A DNA stretch of 62,971 nucleotides, counting the filler, from Welwitschia mirabilis (lineage: Eukaryota), in the NCBI GenBank assembly GCA_051453625.1. It is 6 parts of one record of this genome, joined end to end, with 100 filler letters (N's around TTAATTAATTAA, not from the genome) between each part and the next. Parts side by side here need not be neighbours in the genome. Positions count along the whole stretch, not along the records: positions 50,872 to 62,971 come from JBOZIK010000001.1; 5 more parts are not named here. One strand, written 5' to 3'. Every line of letters begins with the position of its first letter. Position 1 is the stretch's first letter. A program made the position numbers and the translations under genes. The notes below the pieces were generated by a model, which saw nothing but the letters and a program-made list of their open reading frames with translations, ran no database searches and was not told the DNA's origin. Below are positions 51,981-62,971 of the stretch, piece after piece.

Positions 51981-54900
51981 TAAGCTAAATAAAATGAAAT
52001 ACACTCAAATATTAGATCATAAAATACTATTATAAAAGATAATGAATCACATAGACTTCACACATGAAAAACATACTTTATCATATGAAAAGATAATGAA
52101 GCATTAAATACAAAATATTAATAAAGATAGAAACTTAAAACTTATGAAACAACTACTTATAATCCTAAGTTGAATGAAAACTAGGATTGTGAAGTGAAAT
52201 ATACATAGACTAGACATGATTTATTAAAAGAAAAAGAAAAATTAAGAAAAAAATGAAATTGTTTTTTTTAGATTGATAATTTTTGCAAAATAAATAAGAG
52301 TAGGTCCTTCCCAAAGCTCACAACCCACTTGAATGTAACCATGTGATACCTCTAGCCCTCATTTCATCATTGAAAAAAGATACTAACATTTCAAGTTTCA
52401 AGAGAATAAAAACACAAACCAAAATAATTTTTTCATCTTTTGGTTTTTTAGATTTTATCATGTCTACATATAAAAGATGAATTAAAATAAAGGTAAATAT
52501 GAATTAGATGATGAAGATAGTTCATGACTATGCAGATGTCTACTATTATGAATCCAAATTTTACTTATAAATCTATAGTATTGAAAAGAAAATCAGATAC
52601 ACAAAAAAGTAGTAAAAGTTAGAACATGTACATCTAGAAGGCTTATTGAAGTCATGTAATTATTAAAGTCTCATTAATGCACTTTGGATTAATGTAACTT
52701 CAAATTAATGTATGTAATTTCTTAAAGAAAAGTATAATGTTTTACATAATAATAATAATCTTTCTCTAGTAATGATGCCAACTTTGAATAAATGAAAAAC
52801 CCAATTTTTAAAATAAGAAGATCATACTCTAATCCTTCAAAAATCTAAGTGTGTACTTAACATAATAATTTAACTCAAGGAAAGAAAATCAAGTATAAAT
52901 AGTTAAACTAAAACATAAAGAAATGCCTTAGATCAAATTGCATATATAGTAAAAGCATACGAGTATTAAACCAATGGAACAGTTGAGATGAATTCATATG
53001 AAAATATTAATTTTGTCTTATTTAATTGTCATTTTATATGATAAAATAACTACTCTAATTAATGACATATAAGGAATTAAAGCACATGACTTAAAATTAT
53101 TGTGAATAGCCACATGTGTAAAAGCATAATTTCATAAGATGTAAAAAGAAAAATATGAAAAAACAAAAAGAAATAATATTTTATAAATATTCACTATGAT
53201 TCTAAAGATCATATATAACTCACACAAATAAGTAAGATACTTTAAGGAGTTAAATCTACCAAAATCATTTTCATACAAAATAATTTTTTTAAAAATGTTT
53301 GTTACTTAAAATCATGTAATATGAATGTAGATAAGTAATTTAAATATCTTATTTCATTCTATACAAGATGTACAACATCTTAATATTAAAATATAGCACT
53401 TGGAAAACAAGATTCTTCAAATCGTATAGCAAACTATTTAACTTTAGTAAGATTTTTACTAAATATTGATATCATTGACTTGAAAGATAACTTTTTACTT
53501 TTAATGAAATAACTTATAAAAGAAATAGAACATCTAAATCAGATTTCAAATAAATAAGTAATTAATAAAAATCCGCATATGAATGTTTAATACATCAAAG
53601 TAATAATTAGTAAATTTCAAGCTATTTTAACCAATAGAAAGAGATAAAATGAAGTAGAGAGGGACAAGAGAGAAGAAATTTAGAAGAAGAGACTTACAAA
53701 TTCTTAAAACTTTCAAAACACTTATCATATGTCCTAAAATAGTTTTCTAGAACAAAAAATTCAAAATCAAGTAGAATCAATTGAAATTGATAGAAATAGT
53801 TCACCTAGAAAAAGCTGTAGAAATTAAAGCCAATCTTATGTTGACCACAGATATTAAGAAAACTATAAAACTTAAGAGAAAATAGATTGAATATTCTAGA
53901 ATTACTTAAATAATACTACATGCTAGGATTTTATGCATCTAAAAACACATAAATAGTAACATATAAATTCACTATGAAAAAACAAAAAAATTATATGTCA
54001 TAGTCCAAAATAATTTCTAAATAAAACTATAAATTTTTTCCCTAAATAAAACTACAACCTTGTTTTTTCCTAAATAAAACTGTAATTTTAACTATAGAGG
54101 CTAAAAAATTAGGTTTTACAGGCCCAATGTGTATTCTAATTAGTTGTAGATAAAAGCTTTTAAATATTAAAGGAAACTACTAACAAAAGTTTAGAACCAT
54201 TAGAGTTGCAAAAAAAATTTTTTGGCCAAATTAAGCATGGGAATTAACTAATCTACTTTGATTTTGAGAAAGAATAAAGAAGAGAGAGAAATTTTTTATT
54301 AAAAAATAATTTTAATTTCAAAAAAATATAAATAACATATTTAGAGATCATTATACTATTATTGGATAGGGAAAAAATAAAAAATCAACATCATTTGTCT
54401 TAGAAGAAATGTGGAATCGAGAGAAATGAACTAGAAAATGAAAGAATTGAGAAGAGGAGAGAGAATAAGAACAAAACACATGATTTCTTTTGACAAGGAG
54501 TGACTAAACATGCAAAAACTTTAGATTTCTATGAAAGNNNNNNNNNNNNNNNNNNNNNNNNNNNNNNNNNNNNNNNNNNNNNNNNNNNNNNNNNNNNNNN
54601 NNNNNNNNNNNNNNNNNNNNNNNNNNNNNNNNNNNNNNNNNNNNNNNNNNNNNNNNNNNNNNNNNNNNNNNNNNNNNNNNNNNNNNNNNNNNNNNNNNNN
54701 NNNNNNNNNNNNNNNNNNNNNNNNNNNNNNNNNNNNNNNNNNNNNNNNNNNNNNNNNNNNNNNNNNNNNNNNNNNNNNNNTGATTTTTAGAAGATAAGAA
54801 ATAAGGGAGATAAATCCATGTAAATATGGATAATTTTGATTCCAAAGAAATGTAAATAACATATTTACAAACCCACTACTATTGGAAAGAAGAAATACAA

Positions 54901-56260
54901 ATTCATCATCATTTGCTTAAGAAAAAAGGTTGAATCATGAGAAAACATACTAGAAGAAATGAGTAAAATGGAGGAAAAAAAGAAGAAGAGGAATAAAACA
55001 CTTGATTCATTTGCCATAGAGTGACCAGCCATTTAAAATTATAGTATTTTATGATCTATACTAAATGCATAGTAATTTAATTAGCATTAAACATGTAACA
55101 TGCTATAATAACTCTAATCAAATTGAAAGAAAATCATAACAAAAATGCATAAATTAAAGTATACAAAAGCACAAAAACATAAGAGGAAAAACACTTATTT
55201 CTTTACATGAAATCACAACCCTTTCCATTGATCTTCAATATAATTTCTTACGAGATTTGATATCCTCTCCTCCTCCTAGACTATATATTTACATATGCTT
55301 CATCACCTTTGCAATGCCCTTCTAATGGATGAAAATAGAAAAAAGGTAATCGAAAATGGAATGTAAAAGGATGTAGAGGCCTAAAAATGAATGTGTATGA
55401 TAATAAAAGAGGAGATGAAGAATATAGAAGTCTTCCAAATCTGATTTAGTGAGAATATCAACTTAGAAGTGAAGAAATATGAAAGAAATAAAGCAACAAA
55501 ATATTCTTCCAATGCTTAATAATGGCTTGAATTTAATTGAGAGCATTAAAATGACATAAACTTGATTATCTAAGTTCATAAATTGAGGGGTTTTCTCTAT
55601 AGATGCACTTGGGTTGGTTTCAAGAGAAGAAATTATCATAATCATCAAATTTCTACATGTAATTCATGCTCAACTTGTGAAAACTATCTAATGATGTCAT
55701 AAAACAAATTTAATCATCAAAATGGTACTACAGTGTTACAGATAATTTCAAAAATAACTATCTTAACTTTAAAAAATTAAATTAATTTGATTTAGTTACT
55801 TGTGGTTGATATTACATGAAAACATTAAATTTGATTTAAAAATGAGTAAGAATGTACAAGTCATAGCTCTTGAAATATAATTTCCAAGGTACTAATTTCC
55901 TAAAAGTCTTTAATATCATCCAATATCATTCATCTAGTGTTAAAATAAGTCAAAATGGTTTCTTTAGCTAGTGAATGAGATATAATAAAGGAAAATGGAG
56001 CATGAATTATCATTAGAGTTGCTAGATTGAAGTATTCCTTTGAGATTAACATTTTTAACCTTGATATCAATCTCTTGATTACAATTATCATGAATAAACT
56101 CAAACTAGAGCATAATCCATATTTTTGCACTCATTAAGTCTCAAGGTTCTTATCAACTAAAAAGCATAAATGAACCTCTAAGTGGAATATTATAGTTTGA
56201 AAAGTAATGTAAAATAGTAACTATTAATACCTTATTTCATAAAACATTTACGCTTTATTA
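51981..56260. repeat. Long tandem unit, segments B+C+A (partial)
   Basis: The B-C junction at ~52961 is uninterrupted. The tail of C is repeated across the gap at 54538-54780. Confidence 0.85.
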
Positions 56261-56269
56261 GTGAGCACT

Positions 56270-59200
56270 ACTACTTTTATTGATTGCAAGAAATTTAATG
56301 ACTAAATAATTAATATAAATTTGAATTTTAAAATCCATTAGATAATATCGAGACTTATAAGGTGCAGTAATAATTATAGGATGTTCATTTTCTATGGTGG
56401 TATAGTTACATTAAGTAGGATTTAAATTTAAAAAAAATAATAAATCACCCTATGTTTTTGACCAATGTATTATTCCAAAATAGCACCTATAGCTATGTCA
56501 GTAGAATCACACATAAAATTAAAAGAATATTTGTAAATAGCTACACTAACGACAAGTTCTAAAATTACTTTTCTCTTTAGAGTAGTAAAAGCATTTTTAC
56601 AAGATCCATTCTACATCAAAGATTTATGTAATAAATATATTACCTAGCATGTCCTAGAAATCCTCTTAAAGGTTTCATGTTTATTGATGTGTGTAATAGA
56701 TATATTAGTTTGATCTTTCTAGGATACATGGTTGCCCCAGATTTTGAAATCTCTCATCCTAAACAACTCTAATTTTGATCATAAAATAGCTTGTCTTCAA
56801 ACTCAACTTAGGATCCTTTTCTATACATCTTAATAATAGTTTGAGAAGTATTTCAAAAGTGTATTCAAACAAATTATCATACAAAGAAAAATTATGCATG
56901 AAATTTTCAACAAATTCTTCAAGAATGTAAATATTTTTGACATTATTATTTGTTGAAATGTAGTGGGAGCTTTACATAAACCCAATGACATCCTTCTATA
57001 AGAAAATGTTCTAAAAGGTGATGTGAAAGTAGTATTATGTTAATCTTTAGGAGCAAGGAAAATCTAATTTTAGCCACTAAATCCATCTAAGAATTAATAA
57101 TATTCATGTCCAAAAAGCTTTTCTAGGATTTGATCGATATATGGAATTATAAAGTTGTCTTTTTTTTTTGAGTTTTTTAAAAGTAATACACACATGTCAT
57201 TTTCCATTCCTTTTTGGAATTATAATAATAAATGTATCCATTCACTATCTAAGATTAAATAAAGACAAGATAAAATCCATTTTTTTAAAATAACTTTTGA
57301 ATCTCATCCTTCACCATCTTACATAATACAAGATTAAGATGACAAAGGGGTTGTCTAGAGGGTTTTACATTCTCTTCAAAATTAATCCTATGCATTACTA
57401 CGATAGGTGAAATCCTTTTTAATAAATCCTTATTAGATCAAGAAAAATTCTTCATATTTCATTTCAAAAGTTAAGTAAGTTTATGCTCATATTTAGAATT
57501 TAGTTGACTACTAATGATTATGGATTTGGTGTTTTCCTCATCCATGAAGATATACTCCAAGTGTGATGGACATTCTTTTAATTGTAAGGTGTCCTAACCA
57601 TTATCTTATAGAAGAATTTATTTTTTAACTCATGGTCCAAAAAGTAATGTTTCTTCTATTTTTTTTCATTCTCATGTTAATCATTCATGTGTAGAAGATT
57701 CTCATGATAATTTTCTAATACTAGTTGAAGAGGATCTTTAATGAAGATGGATTTGATAGTTAAATTAAGAAATCTATATTTCTCTTTATTTTGTTCTTCC
57801 TTCTTTTGTTCACAAAGATTAAAAATATCTATGTTTATCTTCGAATTTTCAAATGTCAATTTTATTAATCTATTGCAATAATGTAGTATAACATCTACAG
57901 TTGCTAATTAAGGACTATCCAAAATAGTTAGGAAAAAATTCTCTGTGATATCAAAAGTTGAGTAGGTTTACAAGGTATAATCCTTAATCTACTTAAATTA
58001 ATACATTCTTAATGATTTATTTCAAACATATAATAGAACCATCTGCTAATGATAAGGTCATGTTGATAGTAGAAAATTCTATTAATTCTAGTGCTTTACA
58101 AACATAAAAAGGCATAGTATTAATACTTGCATTTAAATCTAGTAAGGCATGAGGCATTATCTTCTCATTGATGATCACTATAATAGTCAATGATCCATGG
58201 TCCTTATACTTATGTGGTATTGTTTTCTTCATCATTTGAGTTGTGCTTTCTATCAAATGTTTTCTTTTCCTTTTTAAACATAAATCCTTCATATATTTAG
58301 AGTACAAAGTTGTATCTCTAATGGCTTGTATCAATGGAATGTTTTAACTTTTCTTATTCAAATAGTTGGTTGTGATTTTCATGTTTGATAAGATTCTCTT
58401 TAAATCTTCTTGGAAATAATGGTTATTAAGATCATTCTTGTAATACTTCTACTGGGAGGGAAGTGAATAAATTTCATTATTTAGAAATGTTTACTTGTTT
58501 ATGTTTTTTTTTCTTATCATTATTTATTCAATTGTGTTTCTCTTTTTTACTTTTAATTTTGTTGAAGTGTTATTCCTCTTCCTTGAAGGTTGGTTATTTG
58601 TTACTACCTTCAAGTTCTTTTCATTTTAGATCATTGTTGCTCTTGCTTGTTTATAAGACATATTAATAAGGTTAGGTTCTCCTTGTAAAGATAAACCTAG
58701 TTTTTGCTTTTGCACAAAGTCCATTATATTCTTTCCATATTTCTTACCTTTTTATTGATCAAGTCCATGTGTTGTTTTACTCCTTATGTCATGGTTTTTT
58801 ATTAATAGAATTGTTAAACCTTATATTATTATTATTTCAGTATGATCTTGGTGGGTATAGAAGTCTATATTTAGTGGGTTAATATGAATATCTTGCTAGA
58901 TAATTCTAATTTACTAGCCATGGTATTCTTTAAGTGTTTGGATAGTTTGGTTGTGGAGGACCGATTATCACTATATTTATTTGAGAAGTATTACTTTAAG
59001 ATACTACTACCATTTCATTAATTATTTCTAGAGCATATTATTAATCTTCACAAAATTATGCACTAATTTCTCATAAATAACACTTATCTCCATATTTTCA
59101 AAAGTTCTAAAGTAAACATGAGCTTCATTTTGTTAAATAGTTTAAGTTGTTCGTGATACTTATGTTGTTGTTGATGGTATGAAAGTCACTAGTTAAGCTA

Positions 59201-59960
59201 AATATGCATGAGGTGGAGTATTTTATACTTGAACCACATTTGGAACTAATGGTTGTTGATTTGACATTATATTCATCAATTTCTACATCATATCTTCAAC
59301 CTTTTTAATTATTATCCCTTATTATTCTATAAGAGTTGCATACTTCATTGGTGTTATTGGCCATCTCTTCTTTTGATCTGCCAATTCTTTTGAAATATTA
59401 AAAGCTTATTTAGAAGTCTTATTAAGTATCTTAGCTTTAGATATAAAATGTACATGTTGTCTTACATATGTATCCAATCCTTCAATGACTATTTGGAGTA
59501 GTTGATGTGATGGAAACTCATGATAAGGGTTTCTATAGCATAATATATAGAATCTCTCATAATGCTACTCATAATTTTGATATTCATTTTGTTGAAAAAT
59601 CATTAGTTAATTCCTCAAACATATTACTTATTATCAAAAAGGAAATTCCTCATAAAGGAATTTATAAATTCATCCTAGGATTTAATTCAATCTTATAGGT
59701 TTTGCAATCAAAATTTGGCTTTATCTTTTAAAGTAATTATAAAGATAATCATTTTGTTTTTATCAATAATTGAATATGCTAAAAGTCCTATCATGTTTCT
59801 ACATTCAATTAAATAATCTTCACCATTGGTACTACAAAATGAGGATAAGAGTTGTATATGTCTAATTTTAACAGTTAGTCCAAGTGAAAATACTAAAGGT
59901 CCATCATAGATTTTTACACGTTAAAAGTTAATATCCTATAATGTTTACTTAGGTTGGGTT
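56270..59960 (-). pseudogene. Decayed Athila-like gag-pol
   Basis: Protease: KYKDHGSLTI...ALLDLNASINTMP...LSLADGS (58017-58334). RT: GHEYY*FLDGFSG and FSYRRMSLGLCKAPTTFQ (~56950-57115). RNase H: CDSTDIAIGAIL (~56475-56512). Confidence 0.85.
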
Positions 59961-61028
59961 ATGTTGTTCACATGTAATGTTCCAAAGTTTTTGAAATAGA
60001 ATTGATTTACTAAAGAAGTTTGAGTTTGATTTAGTTGCAAGTTTTCTGGAATTTTCCTTTATCCTATAAGTGAAATAGGATTAAAATGCAATCATCTATT
60101 AATCGAATTTGTACAAAGTTATTGTATTGTAAAAATAGAGTCAGTACCAATAAAGCTTTGTATTAATGACATTAGTAGTTCATCTATTATTGTCATATCC
60201 TAGTATACTTGAGTGCTAGGTTAATTTTAATCTATTTACAATACAAAACTTATAAAAGTTATACTAGTTCTTATTAATGGTACTATAGATGTAGAGATGT
60301 AACATGAAGTTGCATTCAAAAAAGGAATTTGATTGTTTTCTATATTGAGTAAGTTGTTAACATTCACTATGATGTATATAGGCCTCTCTTCCTAGTTTAA
60401 ATTATTTATTATCAATTAGAATAGAGAGTTTGATTTTCATTACTTAACTAAGCTAAGGATGTATTGCTTCCTTGCATTTGATCTGTTTTTAAGAGTGAAG
60501 GTTATCACATGGTTATTTGCAATCCTAAATGTTGTTGCTATGATTTTAGATCATAAACTTACTTCATTTAAATTTCCTTTACTAAATTAAGTTCATTTGT
60601 TTTTATTAAATAAGATGATTCTACCAATAACTAAGGTAAAGATGCTAGTTAATTAAAATTGAATATATGATATTTAGATCTTTAATTACTTCATATAGAG
60701 TTACAAAACTAGTTTATGATTCTATACTTATATTTACTAGAAAGTTTCATAAGCTTCATAAGTATTAGGCTAGAATTGAAGTGAGTTTTAGTAAATCCTT
60801 ACTTTAACAAAATTTTGCATCAAATGAATGTTTCTCAAGAAATCATAATCATCTTGAAATTGTAGTCATCTTATATGGACTCTTCTCTAGGTTTAATAAT
60901 GGACTCACAACCTCTTTAAAGACTTGAAAGCTGAACATTGTATTTGGACCTTCCTTATGCAATTTATCAAATCCCTTAACTAGATTTTATATAATAGGTT
61001 TTTTTCCTTATAATTAAAAATTATCATG

Positions 61029-62199
61029 TATTGTGACGCCAACTTATGTATATTTGATAGGGTATTTTGAGTTGTTTTGCAGATAAACTAACAGATAAAT
61101 GCTTAGTTCCTATGACAATCGAGAATCNNNNNNNNNNNNNNNNNNNNNNNNNNNNNNNNNNNNNNNNNNNNNNNNNNNNNNNNNNNNNNNNNNNNNNNNN
61201 NNNNACTGACTAAAGATCAAGAAACGACTGTAGTCCACCCCGTCATCCACACGATAGTTAGGACAACAACTCCACTTGAGTAATAAATAGAGTTTCTTTG
61301 AGATAACTCCTAGTTGAACTAAAGATCTTCCTATCAAAAATAGTCATCCACATCATCGTCCAGACAACACAAGTAAACGACATCTTCAAAACTAGTCAAC
61401 AACACTTCACATGTAGTTCGATAACTAGATAAACTGAAGCAGAACCAAAGTTCCAATTATCGATCCTCATCGTCTCCTACTTTGTCTGGACAACCATTAA
61501 GATGATACTGTTCTTTCATAGTTTTACAGAATGTTTTTCTGAATTATTGCATATTTATTGCTACTTTATTTTACATGTCATTCTCCTTTACTTTTCTATC
61601 AGTTTCCTTTTCCTTTCTGTCTATAAATAAAGGTCTCTCCCTTGATCCCTAATCATCTTTAACAGTACTTGACATTCTCATTATAGGAGATCTTAGGACT
61701 AGAGAACCATCTTGTAATCCAGAGAGATGTTACCTTGGTGTTGGATGACATATCCTCTATTGAGGAACGACTACTTTATGATACAAATGTCTTTAATAAT
61801 TTTTAATATGAATTATTCTTTTTGTCAATAATTGCAGGAACTTATCTCTCATAGTTTATGTTGTTGAAGATTCGTGATAGGTTTCTTTAATTATATAGAT
61901 TATAAGAGCAACCTTTGTTAAGGTTGATCTTGATTAGATTAGTTGCATCATTGTTTCTTTTCATAGAGTAATTTTGCATCATTATTTCAATTTCATCCAT
62001 TGTAGTTTAATTCAGTAGATTAAGGTTATATATTTCTTTCTTGAAATCAACTNNNNNNNNNNNNNNNNNNNNNNNNNNNNNNNNNNNNNNNNNNNNNNNN
62101 NNNNNNNNNNNNNNNNNNNNNNNNTATTTGTGCATCTTATCTGTAATTAATAAGATTTAAATCAAGGCATAAAACATTATATAAATTCGCACTGCAACA
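61029..62199 (+). mobile_element. Athila-like 5' LTR
   Basis: Runs TATTGTGACGCCAAC...CACTGCAACA, with CTATAAATA at 61621. A PBS follows. Confidence 0.85.
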
Positions 62200-62202
62200 A
62201 AT

Positions 62203-62220
62203 TGGTGCCATTGCTGAGAA
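62203..62220 (+). promoter_or_regulatory. tRNA-Asp-type PBS (Athila)
   Basis: TGGTGCCATTGCTGAGAA differs from TGGCGCCGTTGCCGGGGA only by transitions. Confidence 0.75.
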
Positions 62221-62679
62221 AGGCTACTTGGAAATTGAGAGTTATCATTGCTTCAGTGGATATTCTGAATGTTTACTGCAGCATCAGTGTACCAATACTC
62301 TGTAAGTATTTTATTTTAGTTTTAACTTTTTACTAACCACTGATGTCCCTTTCATCATCCAGACGTCACAGTCGGATGACCATTCTCCTTTTTGCTTTCC
62401 ATCATTCTGTGGTTATTTGTGTTTTCTATCTCTGTCATCTAGATTATCATCCGGACAACGTATAGGACGACACCTTCTAAGAACTAAAACTAAATGGTAA
62501 AAATAGGGAAAGGTGAAAAATACTAGAGAGAGGTAATTCATTACAAAAAATATCAAGAAAGTTTGCTAAATTTTGAATTTAAAAATCAAAACAGCCTAGG
62601 TATGCAAAATTTAAAATTTCCTAAAATTTTTGATTTTATTTTGTAGAAGAATCTGATTTTAATTTTGAAAAATCTAATA

Positions 62680-62894
62680 CCATATTGACCTCTTACCAAA
62701 AATAACCTATCTCGCTGAATCTAACCCCTATCGTTGGAATGATTACTCCTACTCCTTGTATAACTCTGAGAAATTTGATAGCAAATAAAAGACTTAAAAT
62801 TCAAAACCCTTTTGACTTACCTCTTAGTAATGCTATGGAACTTAAAAACTTAAATGCTTATCCTAGATTTTGAGAAGAACCTAATGAAGACCCC
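62680..62894 (+). pseudogene. gag: Athila-like gag start
   Basis: IQNPFDLPLSNAMELKNLNAYPRF*EEPNEDP is homologous to 17760-17860. Confidence 0.7.
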
Positions 62895-62971
62895 TGTTAT
62901 GACGCCAACTTAAGTGTATTTGATAGGGTATTTTGAGTTGTTTTGCAGATAAACTAATAGATAAATGCTCA
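62895..62971 (+). mobile_element. Start of another same-family LTR
   Basis: TGTTATGACGCCAACTTAAGTGTATTTGATAGGG is nearly identical to 61029-61105. Confidence 0.85.

Overview
This is gapped plant genomic DNA that is AT-rich, CpG-depleted and heterochromatin-like. It consists almost entirely of nested, decayed LTR retrotransposons. I see no intact host gene, RNA gene or CRISPR array. Recognisable parts: Ty1/Copia Sirevirus-like gag remnants (two head-to-head at 0.7-4.6 kb, and an internally deleted gag-protease plus env-like copy at 37.6-41.6 kb); a CRM-like Ty3/Gypsy pol and LTR; a Tekay/Del-like gag-pol with long LTRs; many copies of one Athila-like LTR family, including one structurally complete element with a target-site duplication (TSD); an Athila-like gag-pol on the minus strand; and a 114-bp TRIM-like solo LTR. 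Several insertions interrupt a hidden ~3.9-kb-unit tandem array that can be reconstructed from 25.8 to 56.3 kb. One LTR element (28214-44025) carries an unidentified ORF region just before its polypurine tract (PPT). I cannot support a new biological system. The best candidates for novelty are that ORF region, the tandem array and the head-to-head Sirevirus pair. Lineage names come from motif recognition by eye, not database searches, and many boundaries are approximate.
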